In this document: positions 15,301 through 26,700 of the stretch, in pieces
Position numbering within the stretch: position 1 is the first letter of the stretch
How the letters are laid out: the number at the start of each line of letters is the position of its first letter
NCBI RefSeq assembly: GCF_964355755.1
Contig: NC_092672.1
Location: forward strand, 20,783,237-20,847,236
DNA length: 64,000 bases
Direction of reading: 5' to 3'
Source: Antedon mediterranea
Lineage: Eukaryota; Animalia; Echinodermata
Made by a program: the position numbers and the translations under genes
Notes under the pieces: model-generated
Told to the model about the DNA's origin: nothing
Seen by the model: only the letters and a program-made list of their open reading frames with translations
Databases searched by the model: none

Positions 15301-16023
15301 TTCCGCCTCATTAAATGGTCAATCAGTTAATTTTCATGAAATATTCTCCGTATTCAAATCATAAACATTCAGTTTATGATTTTTAATCTAATATTTTTCT
15401 TGATACAATTTAATATTTATTTTTACCAGTTTGCTGATTCTGATGTGCAAGAATGCAATGATAAACAATCGCAACAAAACAATAGCATATTAACAGAAGG
15501 TATACTGTCAGCAGTATCATTGGATAATGAACCTCATGAGAGTAACCTGTCGGTGATTAGTTCAAGCAATGGCACCAAAGAAGTTGAAGATCAAGACAAG
15601 AGAGATAAGTTTACCAGTAAAGAAGTTGAAGATCAAGACAAGAGAGATAAGTTTACCAATAAGAGCATCAATGAAATTGAAGAACCAGAAAATGTAAATA
15701 ACAATTCTAGAATACAATTTCATGAAAATGGTAACCTGAACTGTAATAGTGGTAGAAGTGAGGGAAATACAATAGTTAACATTGAACAAAAGAAAGATGG
15801 GGATGAAATATCTCAAAAGAAGAGCTCAAATGAACAATGTGCTACACATAAACCAATAGTTAGTGAGCACCAGAATGGTAGACGTGTTGAAGGGGAGCCT
15901 GTAAATCAAGGAACTACTACCATCATTAACAAGTTTGTGCAAGTTGCAACAACTCCTGCAGTTGATATAGCTTTTGGTATTGCGTTACTTGGTTTGCTGT
16001 ATCATGGTCCAGTTAGGCTATAA
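284..16023 (+). CDS. MYO19: Unconventional myosin XIX-like gene, 21 exons in window, 5' end probably upstream
   Basis: GT-AG exons with consistent phases: 284-388, 893-998, 1671-1810, 2272-2385, 2733-2791, 2934-3007, 5184-5253, 5418-5520, 6134-6331, 7031-7118, 8027-8213, 8654-8843, 9180-9290, 9860-10036, 11234-11326, 11710-11766, 12296-12474, 13844-14033, 14720-14846, 14946-15088, 15430-16023 (sum 3105 nt = 1034 aa + stop). Motor motifs [49 protein letters not shown]. Class XIX-like signatures [12 protein letters not shown] and [19 protein letters not shown]. Three IQ motifs. Confidence 0.9.
312..775 (+). repeat. 79-bp minisatellite, ~6 copies, spanning an exon 3' end and donor
   Basis: Unit aagaggtttgggttc...aatggccaggt starts at 312, 391, 470, 549, 628, 707. 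Confidence 0.95.
1300..1742 (+). repeat. ~92-95-bp minisatellite, ~4.5 copies, spanning an acceptor and exon 5' end
   Basis: ctgttcatag|tgctgaactg with AG ending at 1389, 1483, 1578, 1670. Confidence 0.95.
2272..2385 (+). CDS. MYO19: MYO19-like exon with P-loop
   Basis: [13 protein letters not shown]...[14 protein letters not shown] between a polypyrimidine-AG and GT. Confidence 0.92.
3263..4722. mobile_element. Non-autonomous Helentron/HINE (DINE-1-like) element
   Basis: Left end AACTAGA, hairpin AATTCGTCA-CTA-TGACGAATT, then AGGTTATATGCA (3296). Right end (AATA)n then AGGTTATATGCA-TATCA-TGCATATAACCT-AAT (4691-4722). Confidence 0.6.
5184..5253 (+). CDS. MYO19: MYO19-like exon, switch I
   Basis: [22 protein letters not shown]. 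Confidence 0.92.
6280..6515 (+). repeat. 81-bp tandem repeat, ~3 copies, spanning an exon end and donor
   Basis: Units at 6280, 6361, 6442, each containing TTTAAA|gtaaga. Confidence 0.95.
6604..6834 (+). repeat. 77-bp tandem repeat, 3 copies
   Basis: aactgaaccaaa...cagtgaact at 6604, 6681, 6758. Confidence 0.95.
7174..7668 (+). repeat. ~49-bp minisatellite, ~10 copies
   Basis: aagattgcatacagtatttatagtttagcttaaagtagttgcaaccttt repeated. Confidence 0.95.
8654..8843 (+). CDS. MYO19: MYO19-like exon, switch II and relay helix
   Basis: VFDWLV...[33 protein letters not shown]. Confidence 0.93.
11352..11543 (+). repeat. 11-bp degenerate minisatellite
   Basis: taacaccatac, taacactatac and taacaatgtag variants. 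Confidence 0.85.
12296..12474 (+). CDS. MYO19: MYO19-like exon, SH2/SH1 region
   Basis: SLDSLMATL...PHYIRCIKP...[21 protein letters not shown]. Confidence 0.92.
12434..13265 (+). repeat. 128-bp minisatellite, ~6.5 copies, spanning an exon end and donor
   Basis: Units at 12434, 12562, 12690, 12818, 12946, 13074, 13202, each with ACCAG|gtcagc. Confidence 0.95.
13545..13625 (+). mobile_element. tRNA-derived SINE head
   Basis: A-box-like tggtgtctattgg and B-box-like ggtttgaatctt at tRNA spacing. Confidence 0.45.
14720..15088 (+). CDS. MYO19: MYO19-like neck, two exons (14720-14846, 14946-15088) with three IQ motifs
   Basis: [22 protein letters not shown] (spans the intron), [12 protein letters not shown]. 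Confidence 0.85.
15430..16023 (+). CDS. MYO19: MYO19-like terminal exon, tail
   Basis: cag|TTT acceptor in phase 0; 197-aa N/E/S-rich tail ending [21 protein letters not shown]; AATAAA near 16387. Confidence 0.75.
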   Translation, partial: FADSDVQECNDKQSQQNNSILTEGILSAVSLDNEPHESNLSVISSSNGTKEVEDQDKRDKFTSKEVEDQDKRDKFTNKSINEIEEPENVNNNSRIQFHENGNLNCNSGRSEGNTIVNIEQKKDGDEISQKKSSNEQCATHKPIVSEHQNGRRVEGEPVNQGTTTIINKFVQVATTPAVDIAFGIALLGLLYHGPVRL

Positions 16024-16479
16024 TGCAGTTTATGTCTGGATTAAGTATGTTAATCCAGGAACTACCACCAGTATCAAGGTTGTGTCAAATGCCGCATATT
16101 GTCTACTGTATATGTTGAAAGAAAAATGAATATTGACACAATTCAATTTTTTACATGCGTGTGCTGTCGTAGCAATTTGTATTCACAATACAAACAATAA
16201 TACAATTGTTGTACAATAATACTTAACATCCATTACACTGTAAGAATTCAGAGTCTTTGTGGAGCTCTTTCAGCTTTGATTTGGTTTTCACGCATGAGTA
16301 AGTTTCATGTCAATGAGTATGAAATTATCCAAATTTTTAATTTTATTATAAAGAAATCATGTAAAACTAACAATATAATTTCAGTAAATAAAAATAATTC
16401 TCAGAAATATGATTTAAGTTTGTGATTTTTATGTCCCATGCATTTAGGATCATTTACAAATTCAAACTTTGTGTGTGTT

Positions 16480-16820
16480 CCCGACACCATTCCATTGGAA
16501 ATAAGTCATAAGACTGTATGTGCGTTGTGTTGTGACCGTCTGTAAGGTAAGCTTATATGGTCGTGGTCACCCTTACTGCACGTGTGACATTATTTAAAGT
16601 TGCATTCGGTTTCTTTCAGTCCCGAAACAATAGAACTGAAAGGAACTAAGCTTGTGTTGAAATTTTTTGTGTGCCTGTCAGTTGAGCTCAGTTACTCGAA
16701 TTCTTGTCATTTGATTGGAGAATTGTTGGTCAAATCTAAAATGAATGTTTTTTTTTCACTCTTAATGACGTCTACGAGAGTGCATTTTGAGGATGTAAGC
16801 ACGTCTTAAGAGCGGTTGAC
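16480..16820. repeat. Interspersed repeat related to 29280-29515
   Basis: Shared cacgtgtgaca...aatagaac...tttttgtgYgcctgtcagttg blocks. Confidence 0.5.
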
Positions 16821-18832
16821 TACAAATATCAACATAATGTGGCCAAATGCCAAAAAATGAATTTTCTTCATACTTTGGTAATTATTCACACTTGAAAAAA
16901 AATTAATGGTTGCCATGGTAAAAGGTGTGATTTTGGCATGTGAATTTTGTCCTTACTTAGATATGGCACAGAATTTGTGAATTGTTTTTGTGAAATCTTT
17001 TTGTACCAATCTTGCCCTAATGTAAAACAAAAATTTACGTAAATCAATTATTGAATTTAGGAAATACCATTATTTTTCTTATGGGTGTTTTCAGGAATTT
17101 CATACATGGGAATTTTTGTATGTTTTTCAAAGAGCTGTAACTCCGACGGTAACACTTCAAAGCAACCAGGGTGCAGGCATGGTTTTTTGAAAGGTTATCA
17201 TGGGGCATCATGTAATTTCTGTGTAGTGTTTCTAGATAAATAATTGAAATTTGCATTTTCACATCTTATTTGTAATATAGAAATAGGTGGTATAGCTTTT
17301 TCTGTCCAAAATGTTTTTTTGTTGTTAAAAGATACTAAAATATAGCGCTATATAGATATTAGTATCTAAAATCTACCCTGGGTTGTTTATTAGTAGGCCT
17401 ACTCTAATTACTTATATTTCATAATTTCAAAATGGCTGCCATTTGAAAACCTTTTCCATAATTACCTCTTTAAGTTTTTGTAAAGAATGAAAGAAACACA
17501 TACAAACATTATTCTTAAAATTCAGAATACTAATTTAATTTTGCCTTTGGAGTCTAGGTCAATGGTCAATTTATTACACTATATACAATTATTTTATATC
17601 TTAAACTTGAGTATTTTGAATAAGAATGTATTAGGTACAAATATAAATGTGGCCTTAAAGCTTTAAAATAACATTTTATCTGTGCTTTCTTCTGTAGATA
17701 CAATGTTAAAGGTCAAATGCTTAAATGATCCCCACATATTTTTTTTTATTTTTTAATGTTACACTAGTTGGACAAAAAAATTGATATGGAAACAAAAAAT
17801 TATTTAACCTAATAAAATTTAAAAAAAAAGTAGTAAACTTGAAGCCCATTGTCTGAAATTCAATGGGTTTTTATTTGATTTACTGTTTTTTATTTTTTAT
17901 AAGCTAAATCATTATTTTTTAAATAACCTGATTAAAACTACAAAATGACTTTTCAATGTTTGATTTTAGTATTCTTTTATTCTATTTGTTTGCATAAAAA
18001 AGAAAGTGACTGTAAATTATAAAAGTAATATCCTTTATAGCATCCGATTAGATCATAGTTCACAAATTTAGATTTTCACTTCGATGAAGTACATTGTGAC
18101 TGAGTTGTTCCATCCAACCCAATATATTTATAGAAAAGACAACTTTAAAGAAGGGACACAGACCAAGGCTATCAAGTTGTTTGATAGCCTTGCACACTAG
18201 ACTAATGAAAGTGGTCTATTCTGTTGGCCAGAGGAAGATTAACAAGAATCAGGAATCAGGAATCATCTTGTGATTATAAGTTTTTGACATGGCCACAAGT
18301 TTGAGCATTGAAGAAGTGAAGGGAAAAACGGGTTACAAGCAACACAATACAGTACATGGGATATGAGAGGTCTACACTACGTACATATTTTGTCATCTAT
18401 ATCCAGTGAACACAAAAATCAATGTTAACATTACATATTTTTTTCATAGTAACATTTAATTCCTTCATAATATACAAAATAAATAATATAATACAAAATT
18501 CATGAAGAAAGATAGTTAAAACAAGACAATTTTTTTTCTCATCTTTAAAATGAATAAAACAATATCATGAAGGAGGCACCATTTCTAAAAAGCAAAAGCT
18601 TGTGTTGAAAGTGCCTGAACAAAAACAAAAAGTACCTAAAATCAAATTAGTAAATAATAGTAAATGGAATAAAGTAATTACCATAACGGAATATGAAAGG
18701 TGGGATTTTAACGCATTTCTAATTATTCCAATCATCTCCACAGTTTTGGACAATTTTGGGGTAGGGACACAAATATCTGTAAGTGCAGTTTTCCATGCTC
18801 ATAATTTTTGGTATCAATGTATAAAGCAATCT

Positions 18833-18982
18833 ATATATTAATGCTACTAAATTGTTCGCGTATTTTACATATCTCCTCCAAAACCACTGAACGGTACATG
18901 CTCACATTTGGCACACTGATGTTTATTGATGGGCCGCACATGATAGGCTATGCCACTTTCCTGAATTTTAAGGATAAACACT
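18833..18982 (+). repeat. Interspersed repeat, second copy at 36152-36301
   Basis: tattaatgctactaaattg...gctcacatttggcacactgatgtttattga...aaggataaacact at both sites. Confidence 0.8.
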
Positions 18983-19953
18983 ATTAAGCTATGCCAACCA
19001 AAAGAGAATGTAATTTGCATAATCAAGTGGTGTGTCAAAATATGAACTATGTCCGGTTTTTTATTCTTTAAAAAAAATTGTATTTCCACAAACATGCAAG
19101 TAAACAAAATAAAAATTAGCCAAAAGTTTTCTAATACAACATATACTTATAGACATAATGATACTATACTATACTAAAAATATGCCCCATACCTTGGCAA
19201 CCATTAGTCAATTTGATATTGAAAAATTACACACCAGGGGTCGAAAATATGGTAGATATTTATATAATTGCTGTTATACAGTGAATGATCCCATCTCCAT
19301 ACCTTTCGTCCTGTTTAGTAAGTCTGTCAATCATAAAAGGTGATATTGGCCATTAATCAAATTCTGTAAGTCTAATTTCTACAAATGATCTCATTTGCAT
19401 TAGGCAAGTCAATAGCCAAGTCATTTACTAAATTCAGAGATACCATAATAATATCAAACATCATTTATTATTTTGGAACCATAGTCAATTGACTATTTTG
19501 AAACCAACCAATTTACCTTAACATTATATAATGAGTTTACTTGTGACTCGTGTTGCGATTTAAAAGACAACAAAAATACAATACAAAAAAGATTGTATAT
19601 CATTTATTAAAATAGAATATGAAATAAGTATTTATGCAGTAACTCTAACTCTACTAATTTGGCTTAGTAAATGTACTGTTAGCAAGGTTGTTTAGAGAGC
19701 TTATTAAACCTTTCTAAATCATCGGCTGTACAAGACTTTACAAGATAAGTTTAAAAGTTTAGTCAGGTCAATAAGCTATACCAATGAAACATTTAAATCT
19801 TTGACTATTTAATTCTGAATGTTAATGTTTTAGCACAAAATCCCCTTTTACAGTTTCCTGACACATGATGATAATTAACATTACTATAAAATAATTAAGA
19901 ATAAATAACACAAATAGTAATAAAACAGTATTTGCCTGCTCAAATGGCAGTTG

Positions 19954-20125
19954 TAAGCTCTGTCTACACTATCAAATTAGTTTGACAAAAATGTGTGATG
20001 TGTCCAAATATGGTAGTGATGTGCCCAACTATGGTAGTGATGTTCCCAAATATGGAAGTGATATGACATCATCATGTCCATAAAATTGCACATCACATTG
20101 TTTTGTCACATAAAGTTTGATGTAT
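19954..20125. mobile_element. Small MITE-like element with 21-bp internal repeats
   Basis: Imperfect inverted ends (tacactatcaaa / tttgatgta) and ccaaatatggtagtgatgt x3. Confidence 0.5.
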
Positions 20126-20241
20126 TTTCAATGTATTCTCAATATATTTTTACCCTTTTCTAAAAATTCTGGTTTGATGCCAGTTATTGTGGGAGAATAT
20201 TTACGTGACCTACAATCTGTGGATTTAAGGTAAGATATCTC

Positions 20242-20774
20242 TCAAATTGACTTACACATTATTTTATTTGGGATTGGTCCAAGCAGCTTAGCAAACTTCT
20301 CTCTTTCTGATTCATCTACCAATTTGGATTTGCTCTCTAAATAAAATGTTACATCCCAAATGGTTGGTTGTTCCAATTGATAACAAGCTGTAACTCTATT
20401 CAACTCACTTGGGTTAAACTGTTCCAATGCCTTACACAATCTTTTTCTATATGGGGACAACTTCTGTTGATTACTAATTTGTACATTGTTGTCATTCATA
20501 TACTGTTTTACAAGATCTTTAGCATGTTTAATTTCTGATAGTGTTGCCACTTCAAGCAGAAGGTTGACGTCGGTTGGTTTGATCTTTCCTTTATCAGCGA
20601 GTTCATTAAAATAATCATTTGCTTTGTAATCTTTATTGCCAAGGACTTGTAAATCTACTTCATCAAAGAGACAACATCTCAAAAATAAGAATTTTCTCGT
20701 ATTCTTCATAAAGACTTCACTGAGATCATAATTTAACTTGTTTAACTTGTCTTCAAGTGAATTTGGACTTGTTT
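20242..20774 (-). CDS. ROCO terminal exon, two death-effector-like domains
   Basis: YFNELADKGKIKPTDVNLLLEV and LSPYRKRLCKALEQFNPSEL...IWDVTFYLE resemble caspase-8/FLIP DED1 and DED2 patterns; acceptor at 20775-20776, stop at 20242. Confidence 0.65.
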
Positions 20775-23700
20775 CTGTAATAAAGAATTATTTTTAATGA
20801 ATACTATTCACCATATTAATCATAGGCCTGTTTCCTTTTGTTTAGTTGCATTGAGAAAAGGAATAAATCAGGCTCTATGTTAACACAGTTGGGCTTGATA
20901 TGGAAAATAATTTGAAGCTAAACTTCAATTAATGATGACGGTTTCCATATTTTTTTGTATAATTTTTTATTCTTTATTTCAAACCAACTGTGTAAAAAAA
21001 TAAAATAACTAAACTATAAAATATGAGCCAATATAAATATATACAAAAATGTAAAAAAGAAAATTTAAATAATTTCATTATTAATACATTTAAATTGAGA
21101 AAAATTACAGTTAAAAATATCTAAAGAATTATTGTTTAAAAGACATGAATTGTACAATGACGAGAGTCTACAGAAAATACCATTTTTACAAACATTGACA
21201 CAAGAAAATTTAACAAGAAGAAAGGGTTTACCACGAAGATTACAAACAGGAACATTAAAATAAAACAACGAAACAAGATTACAATCAAACTAGAAGTAAG
21301 ACATTTATACAGGAAGTGCAAATCCTGTCTTGCTCTCCTAGATGTCGGGGAAACAATAGGAGGCAGGTTGGCTGATGGGCCGACAAAGTGCAAGAACTTG
21401 TTATGGGTCCGATCTATTCTGGAGGCTTGAGAAGCAGAGAGTGAGTTGTAAATAATTGAACAGAAATTGAAAGATGGTTGGACGAGGGAATTAAAATTAA
21501 TATTAAATAAAAGTGTTTTCATCATATTCATAAATTATTTAGTTTGACTTAATATATTTCAAATGATCAGTCTTTAGAAGTATACACACAATCTGTTTTC
21601 AAGGATGTTTAGTTATTATTTTGACCACCTTTCCTACGTAGAAAAGTTTTGTCTACTATTTGAAAATTGTTATTATAGTATTCAAATTAATAATATCAAA
21701 GAAAATAATGTTGATAATTTGATGTTTCTGAAAGTTAGAACAAACATTAGCATGATTCCATTCTGATTTGTTCGGCTTTGATTATTTTAAAGAATTAGCT
21801 AACCTGTGGTGGATTTTGCTGTAATATATTTAACTTCATACAATTTAAACTATCTTGTCATTCATATACAGCAATTTTAACTTTCTTACAAAAAATGTAT
21901 TTTAATTATGTTTTAAATATGTTTGAATGTCTTATTTTGGCTTCTCCGCTGTTATTTTAGGTAATCGTGCCTCATTGATTTACATTTGTTCTGTTTTCAT
22001 GTTTGTATTTGTTCAAATGAAATAAATGATATGATATCTTTAATGTTTCTTTCTTAGCAGTAGTTTTATTATAGCTGGTACTACATAAATGGTTGTAACA
22101 CTGCCCTATCTAATGTTACTCACCTTTACCTGTCCCTAATGAGCTTGCAGCCAAAGGAGCAGCAATAGGTGCATCTATGCAAAATAAACATATACATTAG
22201 TCATAATCAAGAATACCAGTATTAAATCAACTATTCTGCTAATGACACCAAGATGTTATGCTATTATGTATATTCATGTATTTTCAGACAAACTGTCCAT
22301 ATGATACATGATCTAATGATAACCACTAACCTGTCTCTAATGAGCTTGTAGACAGAGGAGTAGCAGTTGTTGTATCTATGCAAAATAAACATATTAGTCA
22401 TAATAACAAAAACAGTATCACTTACAATTTATTCAATACAGATTTTAAAGTTCTAGAGTAGAACATTTGCGATTTAATACTTTGTTAAAACTGTCACTGT
22501 CATAGTCGATTGAAATAGTAAAGTACATGTAACGATACATCATTACTACGTTATATATATATACTATATTTTTTCTAATTATAATAAATAATTAATTAAT
22601 ACAAAGGTTTTGTATATTTTGTGTTTATATATCTAACAGTACCCACACTCGCTGTAAGAAATTTGCGATAAAAATGGCACCGAAAAATGGTTAATACGTA
22701 TTTACAGTATTGGACGTATTGCAATGCTATATTTAAAGATTTAAGTTTATCTTCGAAGGGCCCATAAATGTACCTACTTGTGTTAAACCAAATACTTATA
22801 CTGGGAGACTGGGAGATTGAAATCTTTCATTCATCGCAAATCAATACATTTGTATAAACGTATATTAAATCTATAAAATAGTATTTTTTAAAGAAAATCG
22901 ACCTGTCTTCAACATTATGATGCTATACTCGAAGTGTTCAATCGGTTTTCAGCCTATTAAAAACAATTATCATAGAAGGAGATAGGTAAATTTCAAGCAT
23001 CCTCATATTATTGTGTGCAGGTATTTTTCAAGATGGAATTCCATTAGACAGATTGGAAAACTCCCTATTTGGGGCAAATCGTTGAACCTAAATTTGTTTT
23101 AATTGTCAGTAACTAATTATCTAACTCAATTTAAATTAGTAAACAGGGTTAAATCAGGTGGTTAAAATCAGTACCGAAAGTACGAACCAACTTTATATAC
23201 CATCGAGTAAACATTCTAGAAGTAAGGCGCGATTTACCAAATTTTTCCCTTGCGTAAATTTATATATAGATACTAACATTTTTCCAAATTTACTTAGCAA
23301 TGAAGACCATATCAATTTTTTTTCAATAGTTTGATTTTTAAGCCAGCTTGTGGGAAAATTAGCTTGTGTATTAGTGTTAGTTAATACTTATATGCTTTTG
23401 TTAATCTCAGATAACATAATAATTAAGGCCTAAAATAATAGCTCACACAGTTTTGTTTAAAAACAAATATTTCCATTTCTAGTATAATCGTTTAAAAAAA
23501 AACCTAGCCACCACATCTTTTATGATTTTTGTTTAAATTCTATTTAGAATTTGCTGAACTTGAGACATGATGATTTTTAGAAATACATTATTTATAATGC
23601 TCGTTTATATCTCATCCTAACAATTGTAAATCTGACAGAATCTACAATGAAAATGTATTGTATAACAAAACAACAAAATATTATATTCTTTCCTTGATGA

Positions 23701-26700
23701 TTTTCTTTATCTTATGTGGACTAGATGGTACGCTCGCTTCGCTCGCGTACCATCTAGGTCGTGCCCACAGATGGTTCTCGAATACATAATAATTTCAGCG
23801 TTAAAAAACTGGCGATTTCAAATGTACGTACCGCAGGACAATAATACATGTCGTGTACAGGAACGAATAAATAGACACTGTGATTTATGTACTCAACTAA
23901 AATTAGCACCCTATTACTTCCGAAAGAGAAACTTGTCACAAAATAAGACCAATTGTTTAAGTCAAATTTAAACAAACTTAATTTGTGTTTTGTATGTAAC
24001 ATTAGGGTTGAGGGATGGGGAAGAGGATGGGTGCAAAGAGGAACAATGTTAAAATATATTCTTTATCCATTTAGTAACGAAATATTAATTGTTTTCATGT
24101 TTTACAAATAATATACCACTAAACACAGTAAAACATTGCGATGTAATACTTTGTTGAAACTATCACCGTCCTAGTCGATTGAAATAGTACAGCACATGTA
24201 ACGATACATCACTACGGCGTGTATATGTTTATAATATAATGTAAAACAATTTGTGAAAACCACCTCTATTCGGGGAAAATCATAAATTTGATTTAATCGT
24301 CAATAAATATTAAATTATCTAACTCAACTTAATTAGTAGGCCTAATGGTTTTCAATTGTTTCTTAGAGCCAATTCATACTTAAGTTGGTTCCTACTCTAC
24401 CCACCAAAGTTGTTCTGCGTTTAGGGCATGTGATGTAATTGTACCGTAGGCCTATTCTCTACTGGTTTTACAACGCTACTCATGCCAGTGAGGGAAAGGT
24501 GATGATGTGGGTGGTTTAACTGCAATAATAAAGATTTGTACATAATATACGGCGAGTGAAAACGCTAGCTCATTATCCGTTTAAAAAAAAATTATATCCA
24601 ACCTCTGCAGCACAGATTAAAAAAAAAATGGATCGAATTTCTGTTATGAGTATACAGTACTTGCCTTTACGACGCCTGAGGGAATAGAAACTTGTGAAAC
24701 AGAGATTGGAATGTTCCATTCATCGCAAATCAATACATTTGTATAATCGTATATTAAATCTATCAAAATAGTATTTTTTTAAGAAAATCGGCCTGTCTTC
24801 AACATTATGATGCTGTACTCTAGCTGTTCAACCGGTTTTCAGCTATTAAAAACAATTATCGTAGGAGGAGATAGGAAAATGCGAAGCCTCCTCGTATTTT
24901 TGTGGCGGGTATTTTTCAAGATGGACATCCATTAGACAGTGTATACCACGATCGGAAAACACCCCTATTTGGGGCAAATCGTTGAACCTAAATTCGTTTT
25001 AATCGTCAATAACTAATTACCTAACTCAATTTAATTAGTAAACAGGGTTACATCAGATGGTTAAAATCAGTACCGAAAGTATGAACCAACTTTATATACC
25101 ATCGAGTAGAAATTCTAGAAATAAACCGAGATTTACCGAATTTAGCCCTTACGTAAATTTATATATAGATACTGATAGTTTCATGTTATCATTTTTTTTA
25201 TCTTATGTGGATACTGATAGTTTCATATTATCATTTTTTTTATCTTATGTGGATACTGATAGTTTCATGTTATCATTTTTTTTTATCTTATGTAGATACT
25301 GATAGTTTCATGTTATCATTTTTTTTTTATCTTAGGTGGATACTGATAGTTTCATGTTATCATTTTTTTATCTTATGTGGATACTGATAGTTTCATGTTA
25401 TCATTTTTTTATCTTATGTGGATACTGATAGTTTCATGTTATCATTTTTCTACCATTAGCAAGGACTAGTAAATACATAAAAAACATTTTTATTATCTGG
25501 TATTATCATCAACAAACCTGCGACTGATGAGATTGTTTCCCCATATTCTGCAGGGGAAATTCATAGAATGTCAATCAATTAGTCAACTGATTTTCATTAT
25601 ATTGTAAAAAAAAGTATTTAACCATGTATTACTTTAACAATAAAACCTATCTATAATTAAAACGGCCTTCGTAGATGTCTCTGGACTAAAGGACATATAT
25701 CTTTGTACATTGTATTGTTAAAATGTGGTATCAAATAAAAAATACTGCAATTGAAGAAAATTGTGATGATAATCAAAAATTTCAACTAACCTTCCAGAAA
25801 TAGCCACTTTAAATGATTGGTCATCATGCGTTCATTGCCACATTTAACACTATTAGTATCTAGTTTCAAGCACTTTTTGAGATCATGTAAATGAGGCTTC
25901 TCTGCTGGATAACAAGCAGTACACAACACACATAGATTGTAGCCAACTCCTTCTCTAGTGACAAGTACAGTTTCTAGTTGATGCATTAGATAACTTAACA
26001 CCTACAAACCAAGTAAAATGTAGAACATAAGTTTTAAATATAATAGGTTGAAAGTTTGAATCAACCCATATAGGCAAAAGTGCTTGACACAATTAAGCAG
26101 AGCAGAATAGATTATGCAGAGTGACTCAATGGCTCTGAGTGTTACATGATAACAAAGATTACATAGAAGGTGGAAGCTGTTTATATATAGTATTTAGCCA
26201 GTTTGCCAAATTCCAATTTGGGGCATCAAGTTTTCCTGGGATACCTTACGCCTACAACTAGGTGGTCCAGCGTGCCATGAATTTACATAGTTTTTGGGTG
26301 AATAAAAAAGACATCATATACATATCGTAGAATAAAATATTATAAATATGTCTTTTGTAATTTTTATTAGAGTCAGCAATTTGAGTTTCGTACATGGCGA
26401 CTTGAACGTACATATGATAATTTCCATTTATTTCCGTTTATTGGCAATCATTACATTCAAGTGCTGGTGTTAACAATGTTATTAATAAAGCCTACAGTAT
26501 CATGCTAATCTTTACCTCTATGCAGAAACTTGGCTGCGGTTCATTCATTTGGTCTCTAACATTACCATCAACTTCAGTCAGATAAGTTATTTCAAGCTGA
26601 TGAGGAAAATTGTCTTTGTTAATTTAAAATGAGTTAAATAATATATGCAAAACATTACCATTATTATTACCAGTATTCATTGTGCATTCAATGTATTCAT

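Noticed and set aside
20821-20879. Imperfect CATAG...CTATG palindrome as another P-type scar
   Set aside because: Arms need gaps to align and no convincing TSD
25057-25387. Repetitive ORFs (LSYVDTDSFMLSFF)
   Set aside because: Translations of the Helitron end and the 41-bp minisatellite
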